Assembly: GCF_009914755.1 (NCBI RefSeq)
Contig: NC_060936.1
Length of the DNA stretch: 64,000 nt
Origin: the human T2T-CHM13v2.0 reference genome, Homo sapiens
Reading direction: 5' to 3' (one strand)
Positions 30,418 through 45,306 of this stretch are shown in pieces (position 1 is the stretch's first letter; each line of letters opens with the position of its first letter). The notes beneath the pieces were generated by a model. That model made no database searches. It had not been told where the DNA came from and saw only the letters and a program-made list of their open reading frames with translations. The position numbers were made by a program, and so were the translations under genes.

Positions 30418-30866
30418 TCAATTCCCACCTATGAGTGAGAACATGCGGTGTTTGGTTTTTTGTCCTTGCGATAGTTTGCTGAGTATGATGGTTTCCAGTT
30501 TCATCCATGTCCCTACATGGACACAGGAAGGGGAACATCACACACCAGGGACTGTTTTGGGGTGGGGGGAGGCGGGAGGGATAGCATTAGGAGATATACC
30601 TAATGCTAAATGACGAGTTAATGGGTACAGCACACCAACATGGCACATGTATACATATGTAACAAACCTGCACGTTGTGCACATGTACCCTAAAACTTAA
30701 AGTATAATAATAATAAAATAAAATAAAAAAAGAAGAAAGGCAGGAAGAAATGGAAGAAGAAAAAAACCCATTCCTTTATATTATAATACAAATGCATATT
30801 CATATTCTGAATTTTAACATTAACATTATAATAAAACTGTTTTTATCTTTAGGAAAAAAAAAAAAA
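30418..30866 (+). mobile_element. L1PA3/4-type insertion with 5' inversion and 3' transduction
   Basis: Perfect 16-bp TSD agaatatgctccaagc (30402-30417, 30867-30882); inverted piece 30418-30517; sense 3'UTR to about 30730; non-L1 tail with AATAAA and a second poly(A). Confidence 0.93.
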
Positions 30867-31019
30867 AGAATATGCTCCAAGCATTTGCTTCTCAAATTCT
30901 CCACTATTGGATAACAAATAAGCCATAATGTAACAGGATTTTCATTTAGGTTTTTCCATTAAGCCTTAGCCATGGATTGTGATGGTATCTGGTTGAGGCC
31001 AGATCTGAGTTTAGTTTTT

Positions 31020-31980
31020 ACTCTGCTGCCGAAATTGTTGTGTGATCTTGAGCCAGTCATTGCACTGTTCTCAACCTCAGTTTCCTCATCTGGAAAATGA
31101 GGGTGTTGGAGCAGACGATCAGTGAGCTTTCTCCCAACTCTTAACATTCTCTACTTGTAGAGTTTTTATAATCAAACACAATTATGTAAAAGAGAGAAAA
31201 GCAGTTGTCATGGAAACTGTTATTTAATACATAACACTGTTTCTTAATCAGCCTGTTTTCCTTGAAGAAATTTGCTTCTCTTGTGATACAGGCCCAAAGG
31301 TCTCCTAATTCTGCCTTTAGAAAGGCTCAGATTTCAGTTCCATCACTTAAGAATTCAATGCATGGAACCAGTTACTTAACCACCCTGTGCCTAAATTGCT
31401 TTATTCTAAAAGTGGTATTGACAAGAATACTGACCTCATAGTGTGGAGCATCAGGCCTGATGCACAACAACAAAAATGTTAATGATAATAATACCAATAC
31501 AGATAATATTAAAAATATCTAATGTTTATTGAGTTACTTATTGCTACTCTGTGCTAGGCATTAGTAAATGTATTAACTCATGGAATCTTCAAACCAACCC
31601 TGTGGGGTAAATGTTACTATTAATCTCATAATTAGATCAAGTTACGTACTTGTCCCAAGTCACACAACTTGAACGGGGTGGAACCAGAATACTTGTCGAG
31701 CTACATAGGCCAATTTCAGAGCCTACACTCTGAACCATTAACGTTTCTCAATAATAACACTGTTAATACATAATTGTGAATAACCAGCATCTTTTATGGC
31801 CTTTGCTATATGCCCAAATCTGTTCTATCCTATGAGGTAGATGATATCATCATCTCTATTTCGTAGATAAGAAAACTGAGACCTCTAGAGGTTAATTAAA
31901 AACACATAGTTGGTAGTAGTGGAGGCAGGACTTGAACTCTTGCAGTCTGGCTCCTGAGTTCATATTTTTAACGATGATAT
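31020..31980. mobile_element. Cluster of about four MIR fragments
   Basis: Several MIR cores (ctcagtttcctcatctggaaaatg; tattttcgtagataagaaaactgag-like). Confidence 0.7.
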
Positions 31981-32100
31981 CTCAGTATGAGCTATTATTA
32001 CCCTACATCCAGTTCAGTTTTGTGTCCATGAATGATGTAAGATGATTATAGCTCCACCCACTAGATGATGTGAGCCTTTGGCAGTCTTCTGGAACTCTGT

Positions 32101-32423
32101 TTTTTTTGTTTGTTTTTTGTTTTTTTGTTTGTTTGTTTTTGAGACAGAGTCTCTCTCTGTTCCCCAGGCTGGAGTGCAGTGGCATGATCTTGGCTCTCTG
32201 CAACCTCTGCCTCCCGGGTTCAAGCAGTTCTCCCTTCCTCAGCCTCCTGAGTAGCTAGGATTACAGGCACCCGCCACTGTGCCTGGCTAAGTTTTGTATT
32301 TTTTAGTAGAGACGAGGTTTCTCCATGTTGGCCAGGCTGGTCTTGAACTCCTGACCTCAGGTGATCTGTCCGTCTTGGCCTCCCAAATTGCTGGGATTAC
32401 AGGTGTGAGCTACCGCACCCAGC
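32101..32423 (-). mobile_element. AluS (Sx-like)
   Basis: Full dimer, (tttg)n tail, TSD tgga(a/g)ctctgt. Confidence 0.92.
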
Positions 32424-32699
32424 TGGAGCTCTGTTTATGCTCTTTGTTGATTCCCTATTGTGCTCCTAACTACCACAATCGTTTATGGAAAAGCCAAGCT
32501 GCGACACAAGTATCTTGCCATGTCTTATAAAATAAAACAAGAGGAGATAAGTACAAAAGTCTATGAATTTCAGGCCAGTAAGCTCTAAAATTTCAAACAG
32601 CAAATACAGTCCGTAAAACATTTGAGAGAGAGTTTACTTCAGTAGCTCCAATTATCTGAGCAATGTTTTCCAAATACCTTAGCACCTATTGATCTAAGA

Positions 32700-32908
32700 G
32701 TGAAGTAGGAGAACTTCTTTAAAGATCAGATAGTAAATATTTTCAGCCTTAAGGGCCATAAGGTCTCTGTCATGACTGTTTAACTCTGTTAAAGTGCAAA
32801 AGCAGCCATAGATGATAGTAAACAAATGTATCTGTGTTTCAATAAAACTTTATTTACAAAAACAGATGGTAGGCCAGATGGCCCAGAAGCCATTGCTTAC
32901 TGACCTCT
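32700..32908. mobile_element. MER58A
   Basis: cagatagtaaatattttcagc...aaagcagccatagatgata...caataaaactttatttacaaaaacag. Confidence 0.8.
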
Positions 32909-33936
32909 AATCTAAGAGAGAGATAGCCTACTGATAAAGTATTTAATGCCAATGGGTTTTGGGATAAGTGGCCTCTTGTACGTGCATAAAAGCAATAGTA
33001 ATGACATGTTTATTTTTTCCTTCCCTCCTCATTTTTAATGAGTCCTGATCTTGCTGTTCCACATTTACTAAATTAGGTACTGGCAAAATGTGATAGTGTA
33101 GGCTTACACTATTCACATTACTATCTGCTACTTGACTCAATATATTGAAATTTGACTTTAAGGACAGACTTTCAGCAGTAGGAAGCAATGTTGACAAAAC
33201 AACTTTTAAAAAAGATCATATAGAATGAAAACGTGGATATGTGCCTTGTTTTGAGCTATCTCAAATCCTTTTGCTAAATAAGTAGGGGGTAAATTATTTT
33301 AAATGGGGAAAATGGAACACAATTTTTAAATATTTTAAGGCATTTCAAATGGGCCTTAAAATACAACGGTTGTCCTCTGGAGGGATTTTCATTAATTATT
33401 AACCATATCAGAAATGTAATTAAGTCAGTGCTGAAATTAGTCAAGATCAGCTTTATAACTCAAATCACATAAATAACATATATGGGTTCTATGAATTAAT
33501 CATTGTAGATTTGATTAAAAAGTTCCATTTCAAAGTTCATGCAATTTAATGTCATGTTGTTTCTGTTTTTCAAACATTTGTTAAACCAACTGTCTATAGA
33601 GGCACATTATATGGCTAAAGATCTAATTGCACCATTGTTAGCATAGAACTGTAGTCAGTAAATAATTAGTGGCTTGCATTGTGAAGTTTTGATAAATTTT
33701 TAGGCTTCTCTGAATTAACATTTGTCTTATGGTCAGTTAAGGAAATTAAATATCGATTAAGGAAATTCAGACAGGGCAGCTTCACAGTCTCCCTCCTCCA
33801 CAGGGCCCCCCATGACCACTGCCTTGGAGGCTGTGCTGACTTTGGGGAAGGCCTATCAGTGGCTGTGACCTGGGTTAAGCTGATGGACCAGGGGCATTTT
33901 TGAGAATATTGATTAGATTAAGGAGAGGTGGGGACC

Positions 33937-34713
<777 letters not shown>

Positions 34714-34904
34714 CAACCGACATTCAGTGTATTGGATTCACTGTCGGCGCTTCCTCTGTTTACCAGCCCATCTTCTTATGTTTCAGCTTCTTGTGTCCTG
34801 ACACCCATTTTTGTCTCAGTCCACTTTAAACCTTGTTCTTCTCAGTTCTCAATTTCTCTGACCTTCCTTTAGCATGCAGTCCAGTGGACCTTCTTCTGCT
34901 GAGA

Positions 34905-35130
34905 GCAGTATTGCTGGCCAGGCTGTCTGGGTTCAAAGCTAGGCTGTGCCTCATAAACATGACCTTTGGTAAGTTATGCAATATCTCTGTAACTCAGTTT
35001 TCTCATCTGTAAAAGGAGGATAAAGAATGTGCCTGGACTACATATGATTGATGTGGTGATTACATGCATTAATATATTCATCACTCTTAGAACAATGCCT
35101 GAGACATAGTAAACCATCAATACATGCTAA
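34905..35130 (+). mobile_element. MIR SINE
   Basis: ctgggttcaaa...ctcagttttctcatctgtaaaaggagga. Confidence 0.75.
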
Positions 35131-36047
35131 CCATTGTTGCTGTGAATTTGGTTACTCTCCTTTTGGGTGCTGGTAGAAATTCCCTCAAGATTTTATCTGT
35201 GATTTCTTGTATTTTCTTCGGAAGTTGCAGCCTCTCTCAAAGCTTTAGCATTCATCCCTAGGCAAAGAACTCCAGCTGGACGCATTTCCAAGCTCTATAC
35301 CTTTATTTCTGGCAGTACTAGGTGAACATTTTTGTTTGGATGTCCCAGGGGAGCCACAAAGCTGAACTTAACATCTTGCCTACCGAAATATTCCATCCGT
35401 GTTCTTATTTCTATTACTGTCTTTAGATCCGAAGTCAATTTTTATTCTTTCCCTCTCATTTACCACTAAACATCAAAAAAGTTATCAAATACTAAAGACT
35501 CTACTTTCAAACTATCTTTTAATCTATTTGTGTCCCCACTTCCACTGCTCTGATCCAGGCTTCTATGACCGTTACCCTGATTTGTTGCCCCAGTTGAAGT
35601 AGAACAGTATTCTTAAACCTTTGCTCTGATTATGCAACCCCCACCCCCAGACCCGCCCCTCCCTTCCACCTTGCTCCAGCATCTTAAGTGATTCCCCGCT
35701 GTCTTAGCATGGAGACTACATCCAGTGTAGCATATAAGTGAGTTTTCTTCAGGAATTCCCTAAAAATTTAAAAATTTCATACAAAAGTATGTTGTGAAGA
35801 TCGTTGCTTGCTTTCAGTCTCAACAACCAGTCACTGCTCACGCATCTTAAACATGCTTGAAACAGGACATCTTTTCCTTTCATGAATGAGCCTTGTTCTT
35901 TCATACCTGAACCTTCACCATGGGGGGCGTGCTCTTCTCCTCCATCTCTGCCTATGAGAAATCTACCCAGCAATGAGGCTTAGTGACAATACCCACCACT
36001 CTCTTTGTGAAGCCTTCCCTGGTAGCCTTTCCCTGAACCGTGTAAGT

Positions 36048-36268
36048 CAGAGGTCAGCAAACTACAGCCCACAGGCCAAATCCAGCCTATTGCTTAGTTT
36101 TATAAGTTTTATTAGAACTCAGTCACACTCATTCGTTTATGTATTGTCTGTGGCTGCTTTTGGGTCTACAGTAGCAGAGTTGAGTAGCTGCAACAGAGAC
36201 CATATGGCCCACAAAGCCCAAAATAAATTATGCTCTGGCTCTTTACAGAAAAAAACATGCTGACCCCT
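36048..36268. mobile_element. MER58A within L2 remnants
   Basis: cagaggtcagcaaactacagcccacaggccaaatccagcc...gctgacccct. Confidence 0.85.
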
Positions 36269-37699
36269 TTCTCCCCTCAGAGATTACATAGTCTACCTTG
36301 TGCATCTTTGACATCTCCTTCTGTTAGAGTCACTTCTGCACAACTTTTTTCCTGGCAAGAACGATCTCCTCTTGTAGACATAGATTCTGCCTTTTTCATC
36401 CTTGTTTCTATCCTTGGGCCTAGCAGGGGTAGGGCTCAGTAGTTGTTGGGGACAATAGATTGCCTGTAAAAAAATTTTTTAAACTACATTTTGCTCACTT
36501 GGCTAAGTGACAAAAATCTTATATAAAGCAGTGTTCCCTTTAGGGGGTTAGTGCTTATCATTTGATGTTTCTGGTAGTAAACCATTTCATGTTTCACTTC
36601 GAGAAGCGCTTTTTTGACTGCCAAGATAAGCTGCAAAATTGAGTCCAAGGATCTTAAGAAATAATATTCCTAAGCCATTTAAGCAGCTCACTTGGTGATC
36701 TCATTTAATAAGTGGTCCACTGAAATTTAGGATTGCAGAGTATACTTTTTCATTATGCATGGGTTTCACCATGTGAGGTAGATATCTAGTTCCTACTCAG
36801 CTATTTTTGTTGACTGCCTAGGGTATGATAATATTTGACCATGCTACTCTCTTATGAAAAATGCCAAATAGTTAAATTTGTTTTAGGAAAACCAGAGATT
36901 CCTCTCTTGCTCCTAAAGGAGAAACCAAATGACCCTGGGTTTCTTTCTTTTTTTTTTTTCTTTCTAAAACCCAAGAAGTATTGATGTCATGTCCTCCTGC
37001 GAAGTGCATTAGCTGTCCTTGCCTTTGCTGCTTTAGTACTGGGGAATGCCTCTGTCAGACAGTGAGCTCATGAGTGCAAGGACTCTGTCTTTTAATTTCT
37101 GAATCCTCAGTGTTTGGCACAGAGAAAGCTCTTGACAAATATTTATTAAATGAATAAGTCAATAAATAATTGAAGATCTCAGAAAGAACCTTTTCCCCAA
37201 GGTATTACTTTTAAACTATAAACTTACAATTGCCTACTTCTATCTAGTTCACATCCTTAAATATCACTTGGGAGAATTTCCTGTTGTGATGATATAGAGT
37301 TTATGTCTAGCTGTGGGAGGTCAAGGGTGGGCTACGTTGTGCCTAAGTCCGCAGAACACAAGGAAAACCCTTAAACTTTTGTGAGGTGACCGGAAATAAA
37401 TATCTGCTTCCTAAGTATTTCCCTGAGTGAGAATGTAAAGGTTTAAGATAAATTAAGTATCACAGGGTGAGACAAAGTGAGAAATTCAGGATTTAGATTG
37501 GCATTCAGAGCAGGGAGGGAAAAAAAGATGACCCAAATTGACACAAAATGAGAAAATCTTGGGAAATAAAAGTAAACGGTAGCAAATGTGATGTATTTGA
37601 GAACCTTACAAGGAGGTTTTCAGTATGTTCCAGTTGATTTATAGGATGTAGAAACATTAAGTGTTAAAATGGAAAGGGGTGGATTTTCAAGACTCTCAC

Positions 37700-38167
37700 A
37701 GTGAGGGTTCAGTTAGGAATCAGAATTCCAACAAACAAACAGATTTTAATAAAGATGTTACAAAGGAGTGGCTGGGTTATGGAAATTGACAAGAGATGGT
37801 GAAGCACCCAGGGTCTAGCAAGGGTGAGGAGCCTTTATAAAACATGCCTCAAGAGGCAAGGGCAATATTGGAGCCGTGCAAGAGCAGGAGCCCTGGGAAA
37901 GGGGCTACCCAATAGGAGTAGACCTTGCAGAGGGCTTTCCAAATGGCTAGGGCCCTCACAAGTATTCACACAGGAAGGGAGCAGGGAAGAAGTAACTCAG
38001 CCTGTTTTTCCTCCCAACCTTTAGCTCCTTCTTGTGCTTCCATTGGCTGAGGCCAACTGGAGGCCTGTGAGGGAGCCCAGGTGATGAAGGAGTCACCTTC
38101 CCAGGACACAGAACAGGTGGAGAATGGATTTGAAGTAGGTGGAGGCCCACAAAATGTCACCAGCACA
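37700..38167 (-). mobile_element. ERVL-class solo LTR (LTR41/LTR52-like)
   Basis: Shares motifs with the LTR at 15118 (taataaag, cattggc); ends caccagcaca. Confidence 0.65.
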
Positions 38168-38275
38168 GGGACCATCTCCAGCCTTTCAGTTTACAAATGA
38201 GGAAAACGAGGCCCAGACTGGGGGAAATGAACACCTTGGAAATTCGTCCCTTTCAGCCTTAACACTTAATGTTCT

Positions 38276-39234
38276 TTTTTTTCTTTTTATAGGTAGTCTC
38301 TTATTTTTATTATTATTATTATTATACTTCAAGTTTTAGGGTACATGTGCACAATGTGCAGGTTTGTTACATATGTATGCATGTGCCATGCTGCTGTGCT
38401 GCACCCATTAACTCGTCATTTAGCATTAGGTATATCTCCTAATGCTATCCCTCCCCCCTCCCCCCACCCCACAACAGTCCCCAGAGTGTGATGTTCCCCT
38501 TCCTGTGTCTATGTGTTCTCATTGTTCAATTCTCATCTATGAGTGAGAACATGTGGTGTTTGGTTTTTTGTCCTTGCGATAGTTTACTGAGAATGATGAT
38601 TTCCGATTTCATCCATGTCCCTACAAAGGACATGATCTCATCATTTTTTATGGCTGCATAGTATTCCATGGTGTATATGTGCCACATTTTCTTAATCCAG
38701 TATATCATTGTCGGACATTTAGGTTGGTTCCAAGTCTTTGCTATTGTGAATAGTGCCGCAGTAAACATATGTGTGCATGTGTCTTTATAGCAGCATGATT
38801 TATAGTCCTTTGGGTATATACCCAGTAATGGGATGGCTGGGTCAAGTGGTATTTCTAGTTCTAGATCCCTGAGGAATCGCCACACTGACTTCCACAATGG
38901 TTGAACTAGTTTACTACTCATCTGACAAAGGGCTAATATCCAGAATCTACAATGAACTCAAACAAATTTACAAGAAAAAAACAACCCCCTCGAATAGTGG
39001 ACAAAGGATATGAGCAGACACTTCTCAAAAGAAGACATTTATGCAGCCAACAGACACATGAAAAAATGCTCATCATCACTGGCCATCAGAGAAATGCAAA
39101 TCAAAACCACAATGAGATACCATCTCACACCAGTTAGAATGGCAATCATTAAAAAGTCAGGAAACAACAGGTGCTGGAGAGGATGTGGAGAAATAGGAAC
39201 ACTTTTACACTGTTGGTGGGATGTAAACTAGTTC
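38276..39234 (-). mobile_element. L1PA3/4-type insertion with 5' inversion
   Basis: Perfect TSD aacacttaatgttct (38261-38275, 39235-39249); antisense 3' end to 38914, sense ORF2 piece from 38915. Confidence 0.93.
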
Positions 39235-40044
39235 AACACTTAATGTTCTATATCCTCATAAATCAGTGTTCAAATGAGAAAGACAATAAGGACTGACTGA
39301 ATAAATAAATGGAAGAATAAATTAATTTGAAGAATAAATGAATTTTTCATATCATAAATCCATTTTTCACCAACATGTTTGCTAGGTGGCATTCTAACCT
39401 ATCAGTGGACCATAATATATTTAACTATTGCCCTATTAACAGTTATTTTTCTAGTTTCTAATATTACTATAATCATAATTATTATAGTTATGTCAGTATT
39501 AATTATAATTATGATACTAAGTACTATTTATTGAGTATGTCAGGCACCATGCTGTGTGAAAACATATACTTTTTTTAGCCCTTATTATGAATATTTGAAG
39601 TATGAATTTAAACTCCCATTTTGTAAAAGAGGAAATTGAAGCTCACGTAGTAACTCAATCATAACTCATCAGAAGTTCCACAGCTACTACAAGATAGACC
39701 CAGAATATGCACGAATATCCATTCAACACAAAAGTCCATCTCTCTATTGCTTCCCTATTTAATAAAAATTTTGAATGGAACATTTTCTTACGTAACTGTT
39801 AGTATGTCTTATCATTTTCTTGAGATAACTTCCTAGAAGTAGAATTCTTGGGTCCAAAGAGATGATCCTATTTTTAAGTAGTAAGAAATAACATTTAGTT
39901 GCAATTTGAAACATATTAAGTATCTGTGAGAGAAACCTTATATGGGTATGAAATTTTTAGTTTTGTCAAATGATCTGATTGCGAATGGTGAGATAGCCAT
40001 GTCTGAGAGCCCCCATTTTCTTATGTTACCAGCAGTGAAGAGCA

Positions 40045-41000
40045 TCTTTTTTAATAGCCTGTATTTTTTAGAGCAGTTTTAGGTTCACAGCAAAATTGAC
40101 TGCAAAATACAGACATTCCTTGTGTATCTCCTGCCCCTACATGTGCATAGCCTCCTCTATTATGACCTTCCCACACCAGAGTGGTACAATTATTACAATT
40201 GATGAACCTACATTGACACATCATCACCCAGAGTCCATAGTGTGTATTAGCGTTCACTGTTGGTGTTGTACATTCTGTGGGTTTTGACAAATTTATTACA
40301 ATATGTATGCACCATTATAGCATTAAACAGAGTAGTTTTATTGCCCTAAAAATCCCTTGTGCTCTGCCTATTTCTCCCTCCTTTCTTCTTTCCTCGTGGC
40401 AACCACTGATCTTTTTACTGTCTCCATAGTTTTGCCTTTTCTAGAATGCCATGTAGTTGGAACTATGTAATATGTAGCCTTTTCAGACTGGCTTCTTTCA
40501 CTTAGTAATGGTTCTTGAACATTTAAGGTAAGTAAATGGACAGTTAAGTTTCCCACATGTCTTTTCATGGCTTGACAGTTTGTTTTGTTTTAATGCTTAA
40601 TAATATTCCATTGTCTGAATGTATCACAGTTTATTTGTCAGTTTACCTACTGAAGGACATCTTGGTTGTTTCCAAGTTTTGGCAATTATGAATAAAACTG
40701 CTGTAAACATTCATGCGCAGGTTTCTGTGGGAACATAAGTTTTCATCTCACTTGGGTAAATACCAAGGTGCATGATTGCTGGATTGTATGGTGAGAGTAA
40801 GTTGAGTTTTGTGAGAAACTGCCAAACTGTCTTTCAAAGTGGCCATACCATTTTGTATTTCCACCAGCAGTGAATGAAGGTTCCTGTCGCACTGTATTCT
40901 TGCCATCATTTGATGTTGTTGGTGTTTTTGACTTTCACTATTCTAATAGATGTGGAGTGGTATCTCGTTGTTTTAATTTGCAATTAATTACCCAATGACA
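40045..41000 (-). mobile_element. L1MC/L1MB-type 3' end
   Basis: tttttagagcagttttaggttcacagcaaaattga...ggcaaccactgatcttttta...aactgccaaactgtctttcaaagtgg. Confidence 0.85.
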
Positions 41001-41009
41001 TCTACATTA

Positions 41010-41703
41010 TTTTTTAAGATTTATTTTTATTTTAATATTTTATTTATGTACTTATTTTCAATTAACAAATAAAAATTGTATATGTTTATCATTTATAACA
41101 TAAAGTTTTGAAATGTGTATACATTGTGGGATAGCTAAATCAATGCAATTAATACATATGTTATATCACATACTTGTCAATTTTTATGGTGAGAATGCTT
41201 AAAATTACTCTGTTAGTGATTTTTAAGAATACAATACATTATTATTAAGTATACCCACTATTTTGTATAATAGATCCCCAGAACTTATTTCTCCTGTCTA
41301 AATGAAATTTTGTATCCTTTGACCAACATCTCCACAACTGAGCTCCACCCCCCAGCTTTTGGTAACCGCCATTCTACTCTCTGGTACTTATGAGTTCAAA
41401 ATTCCACAAATAACTGAGATCATGTGGAGTTTGTCTTCCTGTGCCTGGCTTATTTTACTTAATGTCCTCCAGGTTCATCCATATTATTGCAAATGACAGG
41501 ATTTTCCTTGTTTTTCTTTTTAAGGTTGAATAGAATGTCTTTGAATATATCCACCACACATTTTCTCTGTCAATTTTTCCATTGATAGATACTTAGATTC
41601 CATATTATGGCTGTGTTTTGGCTATTGTGTCTAAAGTTGCAGTGACCACAGGAGTACTGATAGCTGTTGGACGTACTACTTTCATCTCCTTTGGCTATAT
41701 ACT
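41010..41703 (-). mobile_element. L1MA-type 3' end
   Basis: acaaataaaaattgtatatg...ggtgagaatgcttaaaattactct...cctccaggttcatccatattattgcaaatgacagg. Confidence 0.85.
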
Positions 41704-41960
41704 ACAACATTTAAAGAGTTTTAAATCACTCTTTATGAATTAAAAAAAATCTCAGGTTGTTTTCACTGTAGATGGGCTAGTAGGGTTGAGGAAAGGAGAG
41801 TGGGAAGGCTAAGCTATTCAAGGTTGTCTTCAATGACCACTTTCCCTTACTCACCCCCTCTTCCAAGGTCTTAGCTAATCTCCCAGGGACTGAACACTCT
41901 CCAGACAAAATCAACGTAACAGAAGTCTGGCATTTGAGAATATTTGAGTTTAGTTACCTG

Positions 41961-42291
41961 TAGTCTTCCTTAGGTATCCCTAGAAAGATTAGTTCCTGGA
42001 TAACCACCTCCCTCCCTTCCCCAGATACCAAAATGTTCAAGTCCCTTACATGAAATGGCAAAGTATTTACATATTACCTATGTGCATCCTTCCATATACT
42101 TTAAATAATCTCTAGATTACTTATAATACCCAGTACAATGTAAATGATATGTAAATAGTTGTTATACTGTATTTTAAAATTTATTTTCCTTTATTATTGT
42201 TTTAATTGTAGTTTTTTTTTTTCTGAATATTTTCTATCCGAGGTTGGTTTATTCCACAGACATGGGAACTGCAGATAAGGAGGGCCATCTG
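41961..42291. mobile_element. MER2 (TcMar-Tigger) element
   Basis: atactttaaataatctctagattacttataatacc...gagggccatctg followed by TA. Confidence 0.8.
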
Positions 42292-42744
42292 TACTTTGTT
42301 TGATACCTGTCCTGCCGGCTCCCTGCCACCCCCGGCACCCTCCGTTTCTTTCTAGAACTATTTACATTAATGTCTACTGTGAGCTAGGCATTGTGATAGG
42401 CATGAAATAAGACACAGTCCTGGCCCCACATTCAGGGGACATATATATAGACAATCACAGTGCAGTTGGGTAGGTCTTGGTGTAGTTATGTACCAGGTGC
42501 TAACAGAGTGCAGGGGAGGGACATGTGAGCTGAGGGTTCTGGGGATGCTTGGTAGAGTTAGGGGTTGGGAATAATGGGGTTTCTTCAGAAGGGTGGTGAA
42601 TGAGCTGATCTTAGGAGAATATATTGGATTAGGGCTATGAAAGAGAGCATTTCAGGCAAGAAGGAGGATTTTTTTTTTTTTCATGAACTCACTACTTAGG
42701 ACCAAACTGTGAGCACCAGCACTGTTTCATTTTCACCTTATGGA

Positions 42745-43200
42745 GACCATTATTGGAGGTGTGTTCATCAAGTTTTTTCTATGAACCAACAAACCCAAAT
42801 CTCAGTGGTTCACACCCAGAAACATTTGTCTTTTTGTTCAGGGTTTTTTCAGGCAGCTGTTGTTTGCCTGATATTGGCTGGTTTAAGTAAGGCTTGGTCC
42901 AGGTTGCAGATCAGGTTTGAGTTTGTTCTTAGTGTCTCCTTCTGGGACCCATGGCTAGTCGGGACATGTGCTTTTTATGATAATAGCAGAAGCAAAAGAG
43001 ACCAAGCCTAAACCACACAAGCACATTTCTGCTTTCATCTGTTTGCTAACATCCCTTTGACTAAAGCAAGTCATGATGGCCAAGTCCAAAACCAATGGAG
43101 CAGGGAATATACCTTCTCTCTCTATTGGGAAGTACTAACAAGTCACATGGCAGAGAGAAGTTATGAATTACGAATCAGGGGCAATAATCTACTCTGCCAC
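42745..43200 (-). mobile_element. MLT1I/J-type LTR
   Basis: acaaacccaaatctcagtggtt...gctaacatccctttgactaaagcaagtcatg. Confidence 0.65.
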
Positions 43201-44147
43201 TGTGGTTTCCTGAAATGAAGTCCTGATAGAATTTGGTCGCAGGGGGATTAAAAGGGAGATTCTCACTCAGCCTCAGCAACAGGAAAGAAAGAAGTTACAA
43301 AAAGCCTGTAAAGAATCTAAAGGAGGATTTGAAGGAGAGAAAGCACCAATAATCTAACTGCAGCACTTTATTTGAATTTAAGTAACGCTGGTCAAACATT
43401 CTTACAGGCTCTTACCCTTTCTGATCTATAAATTCTTCATGTAGATATTGAGCCAAAGGTTAGATCTAGAAAATATTATATCTAGTCCTTAGCATGTTGG
43501 TTTCTTTTCAATGCGCTTAAACGCTCAGTTAACGTGGCTTTAGACATAATTGTAACAGAATTACAAAGGACAGCACCTTGGCAGAAAGTTCTTCCTGGTT
43601 TTGATGTGTTGCTACTGCCAGATTTTTGTGACATGCTGATGCTAATCTGTCAAATAGCCTGACACTAAGTGAGAAGAGAAATAAAAGGAGGCATGACAGG
43701 GCCAAGGACCTGGTGTGGTGGAGGATGGTTGGGCAGTAGCAAATCCTCTCATCAGCCCTACTGAGACTAAGCAACAACCTATCTTCAGGTCTCTGGGTTC
43801 GGTGGTTGGGGGGAGCGGGGGCGGTCCTACGTGGGTTAGAACTCATACTACTCTCAGAAATGCACCTACTTTCAGTTACCCACCAATTCTGATGCTCAAA
43901 GCCCCTCCAAACCTGTTTTCTGTGGGTCCACCTGAGCTCACTTAACTAAGATAGCACAAATTCTGCCCCCTCTTATGGGAACATACCTAAGCTAATGACA
44001 CATGAGGTGCTACCTCTTCCGCATGTATACCTACGTGTTTGAGCTTTTTCCTCCCTTGGATGTGGGAGGGTATCAGTCTATTTTATAAACATTTTGTCAA
44101 GTGTCCTTTGAGTCAAATAAGAGAGGATATTAGAAAAGCTCCAGAAA

Positions 44148-44489
<342 letters not shown>

Positions 44490-44987
44490 TCAATGTTCCA
44501 GGAAGGCGAAGCACTGGATTTACCCTCCACTTTGCAGTTAAAGAGGAAACTCGAAATAAATATTCCCTTCTACAGGTTTTTTTTTTTTAATTAAGAATAG
44601 ATGAGTCTTATGTTTTGTGTGTGGTGGTGACATTCAAAACATAGTTTTTCAGTGTTTTGAAAAGTAATTTACCTAAGAAATGACAAGAAGAGTAATGCAA
44701 CACATAGACAGCATTGCTGTGAGTTGTAAAACATTGACAGAACGACAAATGTTCCTGTGGCATAGAGTCCTTCTGAATCACAGAAATGACATTTGGATGA
44801 AAGCAAATCATTTTTACATAGGCACACTGCTAACTGTGCAGTGAAGCCAGAAATAGCACACCTTGGAAGTGGGCCAGAGAGAAAGAACACCTAAGAATTT
44901 TATGTTATTCAGAAAAATTTTCACTTTTTCGGTAGGATTTTTGAGGAGTAAAGAAAATATTTGAGAGCCTTAAAGAAAATCTGAGCT

Positions 44988-45306
<319 letters not shown>

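Noticed and set aside
38526-39231. ORFs resembling the L1 ORF2 C-terminus
   Set aside because: Pieces of a ~1-kb truncated, inverted L1PA that cannot be autonomous.
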